Part shown: positions 55,085-62,035 of the stretch, in pieces
Numbering within the stretch: the stretch's first letter is position 1
Layout of the letters: every line of letters begins with the position of its first letter
Source: Macrostomum lignano
Lineage: Eukaryota
Reading direction: 5' to 3'
Assembly: GCA_002269645.1 (NCBI GenBank)
Contig: NIVC01004063.1
Location: forward strand, 1-62,035
DNA length: 62,035 nt
Notes under the pieces: generated by a model
The model's database searches: none
What the model was told of the DNA's origin: nothing
The model's input: only the letters and a program-made list of their open reading frames with translations
Position numbers and translations under genes: made by a program

Positions 55085-56334
55085 TCAGTTTCGCCACAGC
55101 TTCAATTCGCGATCCTTCCCTCCGCTGGCCACTTTCTGGCCGTCGGGCGACCAATCGACTGCGTAAACTTCGTCAGCGTGGCCGGGCAAATCGTTCACAG
55201 GCTTTAAACGATTCTTGCCGCCAGCAGCGCCAATGTCCCACAGCTTTAGGGTGCTGTCGGCGCTAGACGATACCAATAGGCGGCTGTCGGCCGACCAGGC
55301 CACCTGGTAGACTCGGCCAACATGGCCAAGCAGGGTGGCCAAGAATTTGCCTGTCCGGCCGTCCCACAATCGGACAGATTTATCAAAACTGGCGCTAGCC
55401 AATAAGCGGCCGTCCGGGCTAAATCGGACATCGTTGACCAGCTGCAGGTGGCCGGTTAGGCGGGCCACGGGCCGCTTGTCGGTCTCCGGGGTCCACAGCG
55501 TTAGCGTGAAATCGTCGCTCCCTGATACGAGGCGTTCCGGCTGGTCGCGTCTGGGATGGGCGGGAGAATGAAGGGTAAAGTACTTGGTTCTTAGCCAATG
55601 GGATGGGGAGCATTATATAATGAGATCGGGAGTATTATCCAATGAGATCGGGAGCATTATCCAATGAGATCGGGAGCATTATCCAATGAGATCGGGAGCA
55701 TTATCCAATGAGATCGGGAGCATTATCCAATGAGATCGGGAGCATTATCCAATGAGATCGGGAGTATTATCCAATGAGATCGGGAGCATTATCCAATGAG
55801 ATCGGGAGCATTATCCAATGAGATCGGGAGCATTATCCAATGAGATCGGGGGCATTATATAATCACACTAAGAACCCTAGCAAACTGCATGGAGACTAAA
55901 CATGATGCTAAGGAAGCCGTAGTCTTCTATTGTCTAATTGCCTAACCTGGCAGCCTCGTAGACTCGCCGGGCCCGTTCGCACAGCTCAGTTCTTGGCGCG
56001 CCAATCTCCGGTGCCGGCTTGCCAGGCTCGTTAGCACCAAGCCGCATAGCGTAGTCCGTACTGAGCGCCAGAGTGTTCACCCAGTGCGCGTGCTGCTGCA
56101 GGGTGCGGCACAGGGCGCCGTCGTCAGCGCGCCAAACTCGGACTGTCCGATCCCGGCTGCCCGTGTACAGCAGGTCGGTGCCGCCCCAGCGCACCTGTGC
56201 AATGGGATGGAGGGTGAGGGTTTTCAAGTATATTGCCTGGACCACGATTTTAATTTATTCATTTTTGATAGTGTCTAAAACTTAGGCATTTGAACATTTG
56301 CTTATCAATCTGCCTTCCTACTGTCCTGTCTTAG

Positions 56335-56365
<31 letters not shown>

Positions 56366-57750
56366 GTCTGTCTGTCTGCCTACCTTAGTGTCTGTCTGTC
56401 TGTCCGTCTATCCACCTTTCGTATCTATTTAAAAATTTTAAAATCAACACAGCCCCTAAGTTACTCACCTGAGTCACGGCCTGCTCGTGTCCGCTAATAA
56501 CCCGGCTAACCTGTCCAACAATGGTGTCCCACAGTATCACAGTGCAATCCTTAGACGCCGATGCCAATAATCTGCACTCAGAATCCAGATGCAGCGGTCG
56601 CCAGCCAAGCTGGTCACCCACTGCGTGTGCCGAGCCAGCGGCCGGCCAATCTGCTTGCCAGTGTCCGGGCACCACAGGCAAATCTGGCCGCGCTTGCAGG
56701 CGCTGGCCAGGCGCCGGCCGTCTGGCGACCAGGCAATGCACAGCACCCAGTGCTTGTGTCCCCGACACTCGTGCAAAGGCGTCTCGGTTGACAAGTCCCA
56801 GAATCTGACGGCGGCGTCACCGGATCCGCTGGCCAAATTCCGGCTGTCAGGCGAGAATGCGGCCGATAGGACGGCCTCCGAGTGGCCGGGCAGGCTGGAA
56901 GTGCAGCGAGTCACCGGGCGGACACGAAACAGCGCCTGCGGTTGGTAGACTATGCGGAGCAGGCGCTCGTTGACTCGGCCGCAGTCGACAGCGCCAGCTA
57001 GACTGGTGGCCACTTCCGCTTCGTCTACGAAAAATCTGAGGTAGGGAATATGTAGGGCGCAGTTAGTCGCAGGGTCATATTTAATTTAGGTTATTAATAA
57101 GCTTTTATATCCGGCTAAATTTATTTTAGCGCCGCTGAGCACTTACTTTGGAGCCGCAGGCACTCATTTTGGCACCAAAGGCTCTCATTTTTGGCGCCAT
57201 AGGCACTCATTTTGGTGCCACAAGTACTCATCTTAGCGCCGCAGGCACTCATTTTGGCGCCATAGGCACTAAATTTGGTGTGATAGACACTCAATGTGGC
57301 GCCACAAGCACTCATTTTGGCACTAAAGGCACTCCTTCTGGCGCCACAGGCACTCATTTTGGCACCAATGGCACTCATTTTGGCGCCACAGGCACTCATT
57401 TTGGCACCCTGAAGCAAAAATTCTTGGTTTTCATTAAGCTGCGCATATTGTAGAGTTATTTTGATCACCGGGGGGCGAATAATTTCCCAAAGAATTGACA
57501 AGCCCCCCCTTACTAACTCCCTAACGCATTACCTAGCAAAGCATACTACTCACTTATAAATAACTTGATCATCATAATCCCCGCTCTGGACTATCAATTG
57601 AGCATCGAGTGTCGCCTTTAGATCTGCTACTGTAGATCCCAGCAGAGCCTGCAGGGGCGGCCCAGCTTCCTCGCCAGTCTCGCTGACAAACTGCACAAGC
57701 ACGGCGCGATCTTCTCCATTGTCGTCATTGTCATCAGCTGTGCTGGACAT
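55085..57750 (-). CDS. NLE1: Notchless homolog 1 (NLE domain + WD40), 4 exons, 1-nt frameshift in exon 2 as assembled
   Basis: Exons 57750-57554, 57035-56469, 56194-55947 and 55550-55085. VLVQFVSETGE..., LRIVYQPQALFRVRPVTRCTSSLPGHSEAV, ERLVSGSDDFTL..W, GHLQLVNDVRFSPDG...GHADEVYAVDWSPDGQKVASGGKDRELKLWRN. The frame switches at WVTSLA/WRPLHL (~56604). Confidence 0.93.
55605..55860 (+). repeat. 22-bp minisatellite (ccaatgagatcgggagcattat) in NLE1 intron 3
   Basis: About 11 near-identical copies with no spacers. Confidence 0.96.
57120..57412 (+). repeat. 21-bp minisatellite (ggcactcattttggcgccaca), same unit as inside the 14030 hAT MITE
   Basis: Direct periodicity; shares attttagcgccgcaggcactcatt with 14120-14190. 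Confidence 0.9.
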
Positions 57751-60700
57751 TGTTGTTGCAAACAGGTTAAATTTTAGGTGCTAGAAGAAATAGCAGATAG
57801 GATCATGCATAAAAAAAAATTGCTTTTAATAATTGAAAGTTTTTATATTGAAAAACATTAATTTTTAGAGTAAGAAAAAGTGGCTAAGTAATGTTTTGGC
57901 TTTAGAAAATGTGAAGCAGATACAGTCAGCTACAAGAGGTTCTGGACATTGAAACTAGGCAAGTTGAAGCTTCAGACCATTCAACACTAACACTGGCATA
58001 TGTAGAAGCTGTGTATACAATGGGTGCCTCATTTTCTCACTCACTTCAATGGAGGCACTAGTCGTGGTGTGCTAGACATAGGTGATGTTTTCATGGGTAA
58101 CAAAACAGATCTATTAGCTTGATCTAGAAACTAAATGCTAATCAACTGTCTGCTGCTTCAATGGCAAGTTTTCACCAATGAAATTGTAGATGGAGTGCTA
58201 ACAGGCTTTTGACAACTTTTTTTCTCAAAAACTGATTAAATTGCAAGTGGTATTGTAAAACCAATAACTATGAGCACAATAGTATACTAGCTTCTGTCCC
58301 CTAAGGTGATTATAATAAAAGTATAAAATATAACTGCTGCAATACCTGCCTGCACTATGACAATACCAATATATACACTATTAAAAACTATTGATTTCTT
58401 TGCTAGCAGCAATATCAAGACTATTATTCATCCTGGTTACTTGGGAGACCTGGGTCTGGAATATCTTTCCTGTCTTGAAGGTAAAAGAGCAACTATTAGA
58501 TAATTGAATTTTGATTCTATAAGTCACTATCATAGATCATATAAACATGCTAATGGACTTATAAAATTTGATTTGTTTTAATTTGTTAAAAACTGTGAAT
58601 TTGTTTTGCTAAACATTACCTAATAAAATTCTACCTGATTTTTCTATAAAAGTAGCCATACCTATACCATAGCTATCTAAAATAAACAGTAACTTTTTGA
58701 GCCTTTTGAGAAATTCAATCTTTAGGACCCTAGTCTTTTAAGTTTGTGTATGACCAAGGCATAAAGCCTAAGAAAGATTACAGTGCATAAAAAAGCACAA
58801 GATAGGAGAAGTCTTAAAGGCTTGGAATTGGGAAATTGAAGTTATAAAGGCTTAAAATAGGGCAATAGAAGCCATAAAGGATTATAATAGGTGTAAGAAA
58901 TTAGGCAAATACTGTTAGGCATAAGGAAATAAGAATACAAAAACTTATAATAAAGGTATTGATAAGATAGAGGCTTATTGCTAGACACCCTTGATCCTAG
59001 AAAAAGCCATTACTTTTAGGATACACTAGTGCTTTAAGCCTTCCTAAAGGCATTTAAATTTGAAAATTCAAACATTAAAAGCATGAAAAAAGTTTTTTAA
59101 TTTTTGACCTAATTCCAAATTGATTTTTGCATTTTTCAAAATTTTATATATATTTGATTACTCACCACTGAAAAGTTGCCACTCTATGCACTAGTGAGCA
59201 ATGTCTCTTGTATTATTCTAAAGTAAAAGATACAAAAAAACTGATTGGGTGGCTTTAATCCATCTAACAAAACCCTTACACATTGCATCCTCCCACTTTA
59301 TTCCTTAACTCGAAAGCTTACCGCAGTGTAGCAAGTGTTGTCATTGCAAAGATAGAGAGACTACTTTCAAAAGAGACAGATGGAATATTCTATGATAGCA
59401 AATTTTTGATGTTGCTAAATATATATAAGAACACTATGACACTAAGCCCTCAATGATAAGTATTCAAATTAAAAGTTCTAATATTGAAGGCATTAAAAAC
59501 TTGTTTTCAAATATTTGACGCACTTACAATTGGTATAAATTTGATATACAAATTTTCCAAATGATTTTGAAATAATTAGGCCTATTAGCTATTGCCTCTA
59601 CGGGCTCTACCTACAACTGCACTACCCAGTATTGTGTATTCATAAAATAAGACAAACAAGATCAGAGAATTTTAGGGGGTTGATAAATTGTAGGCTACCT
59701 TTTTACCCCCCCCCTTATATACACCCACACTTTTATTAATTGTCTATTAGACTGATTATTAAACAATAATAAAATTAAACCAACCCTACCATTTGTAAGC
59801 CTATTACGCTACACAAAGGGTCATAAAACTCCTTTAGCTTTATTCCTAATATAAATCCTACATTAGGGCCTATACATTGGCTAAGGTCAGAGAAGCCTAA
59901 ATGGTTGCACTGAACAATTAAATTTAAAAACAATGCACCCATAAAAAGCATTGAAAATCATTTTTTTATTTGATCTACTTTCTATTCAAAGCTATTTCCT
60001 ATTTAATGTGCTATTTCTTTGATAGACTAATAGACAAATAGCGCAAAATTATTATATAGATCTATTGGCATATTTGGTCTGCTTGAATCCTAAAAAAGTT
60101 GTATTTAGCAATGCAAAGGCATCTAAAAAAGTAGTATAAAATGCACTTTGAAAAAAGGTGCAAGTAATATTTTAGTTTCTATAATAAAAGGTAGGCCTAG
60201 CTAGAACATTTTAAAGGAAAAGGTAAGCAGTTGAGAGGTGATGGGAATATTTAAACAAATAAATAATAATAGTAATTAAACTTGTTAATCCTTTTATAGA
60301 ATTTAGACAGATCAACTAGAACTTTATATTAATATATAATTGCAAGTTTTTATAAATAAGAAAAAGACATAACACTTTTTTTGTTATAATGTGCATATAG
60401 AATATCAAACATAAGAATGGAACAAGTTTTTTATTGTTGCAAAACGCAATGCAAAAGTAAACTTAGTAAAGTTGTATATTTTGAAATTTTGGTATATTTG
60501 ACCTAAACAAAGTCACATTTCTAATTTTTGGTATACTTGGCATATAAACTATGGGCTCATGACAGGGCTCTAGTTACAATTAGGCCCTGCCCCAACCTTT
60601 GATTTTTTATTTTAAACATTAAAAATACTTGAGCTGATGAATAAGCAATGAGGACCATATTACTAGCTTAGTTTTTTAAAAGATAAATTAGGAGTTGTAG

Positions 60701-62035
60701 GGATTCTAGTTTTGTGCAACAATTAATTAATTGCATATTTTAGCTAGAAGATTAGGAGGATCATTAAATTTAAAAGTAATAATAGGCCTATGCCAATGGA
60801 AATGCAAGCAATACTTATTATTATCACAGTTGCTAGGCCTAATAATAAATGAATAGACCAACTTGAAATACTTTTAAATAATTCGTCTCCATTCAATACT
60901 GACAATAGGCATAGCCAAAATGGCATAGTAGGTAAAAATAAGGTAAGTAGGGTAAGTAGGTGACTGTAGGTCTACTGGAAAATTTTCAATTCATGCCAAC
61001 CAATACTTAAACTTGAAGTGTAGACAAAACTTCTATATTAACATCACGTGTTACTAGGCCTACGCACTAAACTTTCCTTTACTCTTCTTGCTTCTTGAGT
61101 GATTGCAAAATACTTAACAATAAATTTATCTCAAATGCATCAATGAATTAACATTGCTAGGTTGATTAATTGTAATTAATTAATTGTAATAGGTCCTAGT
61201 CACATCTTATAGGCCCACCATATGGCCCGCTTTAATTTAGTTATCAAGTTTTAATTTTTTCTTAGAAAACTTTTACACAAAAACAAATTACAATATGCAA
61301 CAGACAACAGGAATGTATTGTGTTCCGGCCTTTTGCTTGTTAAATATGTGAATGAGATTCATATGCATAATATTTGAGGTAGCTATAAAATGTAAATTCG
61401 GAACAATCAGTGCTCATCATCACTCGTCGGTCAGCAGCAGCATGTAGAAGTGTAGAACTTGTTGTATGATGTTGTATTGTCGTTTAGCATAGCCAATTAG
61501 CCATAAGGGCTGAGGGTTTAAATAAATTATCGAAGCTTTAAATTAAAAAACTAGGCCACTATGAGTACTATAGTTAATTAGGCCTAGGGCTACTGTAACT
61601 TTCTAAAGTTCTTAATGTTCTTAACCTTCAAATAAAGTAAAGCACTATTTCGAACTATAAAATGGTTGTAGGCCTATAGTACAGAGTCACAGACGCAGAA
61701 GTAGCAAGTAGGCTAGGGGCTACACTAGTGCAGTGCCTAAGTCAACTTAGTTTAATTAATCATTATGTTTACTTTAGTGACAATCAATCTGGTGACTGTC
61801 ATTTTAAGCCTAGGGCCTAGTGCTAATGTGGTGCAATATGAGTATGTGTAGGCCTATTATTATTTTGTTTTTATTTACACTAGATAGGCAGTATCCAATT
61901 AATCAGGCAATAAAAGGATATAGCAATATATGATCTAGTGCATACATGCCCAACCTAAAAATTTCACCCATCCGATGCAACTTAGTTTTGTCCAGATTTG
62001 TGACTTACCTATATATCACCACACTGAAAGACTGG

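Noticed and set aside
55605-55860. CRISPR-like appearance of 22-bp repeats (also the 31-bp array at 39545-40095)
   Set aside because: The repeats are head-to-tail with no unique spacers, there are no cas genes, and the context is eukaryotic.

Overview
Eukaryotic (metazoan) genomic window. It has GC-rich, poly-Q/A-prone exons, introns packed with simple repeats, and TTAGGG-type telomeric motifs. This resembles a Macrostomum-like flatworm, but the species is my inference and is not proven. Seven conserved genes can be reconstructed from the sequence: ZC4H2 (+), RPL22 (-), PXMP4 (-), a complete 340-aa G-protein beta subunit (+), an APPL BAR-PH-PTB adaptor (-), a JIP1/MAPK8IP-like SH3-PTB scaffold (-) and Notchless/NLE1 (-, with a 1-nt frameshift). 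There is also one exon of a probable PAAT/C10orf88 homolog (-). Mobile DNA includes a 2.19-kb solo LTR with a 4-bp TSD, hAT-type MITEs with 8-bp TSDs, a Tc1 deletion derivative, a mariner fossil and three tRNA/CORE-like SINE copies. The most unusual signal is two sharply bounded AT-rich blocks (about 17.2-27.1 kb and 57.8-61.4 kb). They are strongly CpG-depleted and rich in CTAG/TAGGCCTA, and each begins immediately upstream of the first gene of a tight minus-strand gene cluster, just past an unpaired 3' splice site. Repeats inside the first block show CG>TG/CA/TA and TGG>TAG changes, suggesting domain-restricted cytosine hypermutation (methylation-driven or RIP-like), possibly over outrons of trans-spliced operons. 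All counts and alignments were done by eye; no database searches were run.
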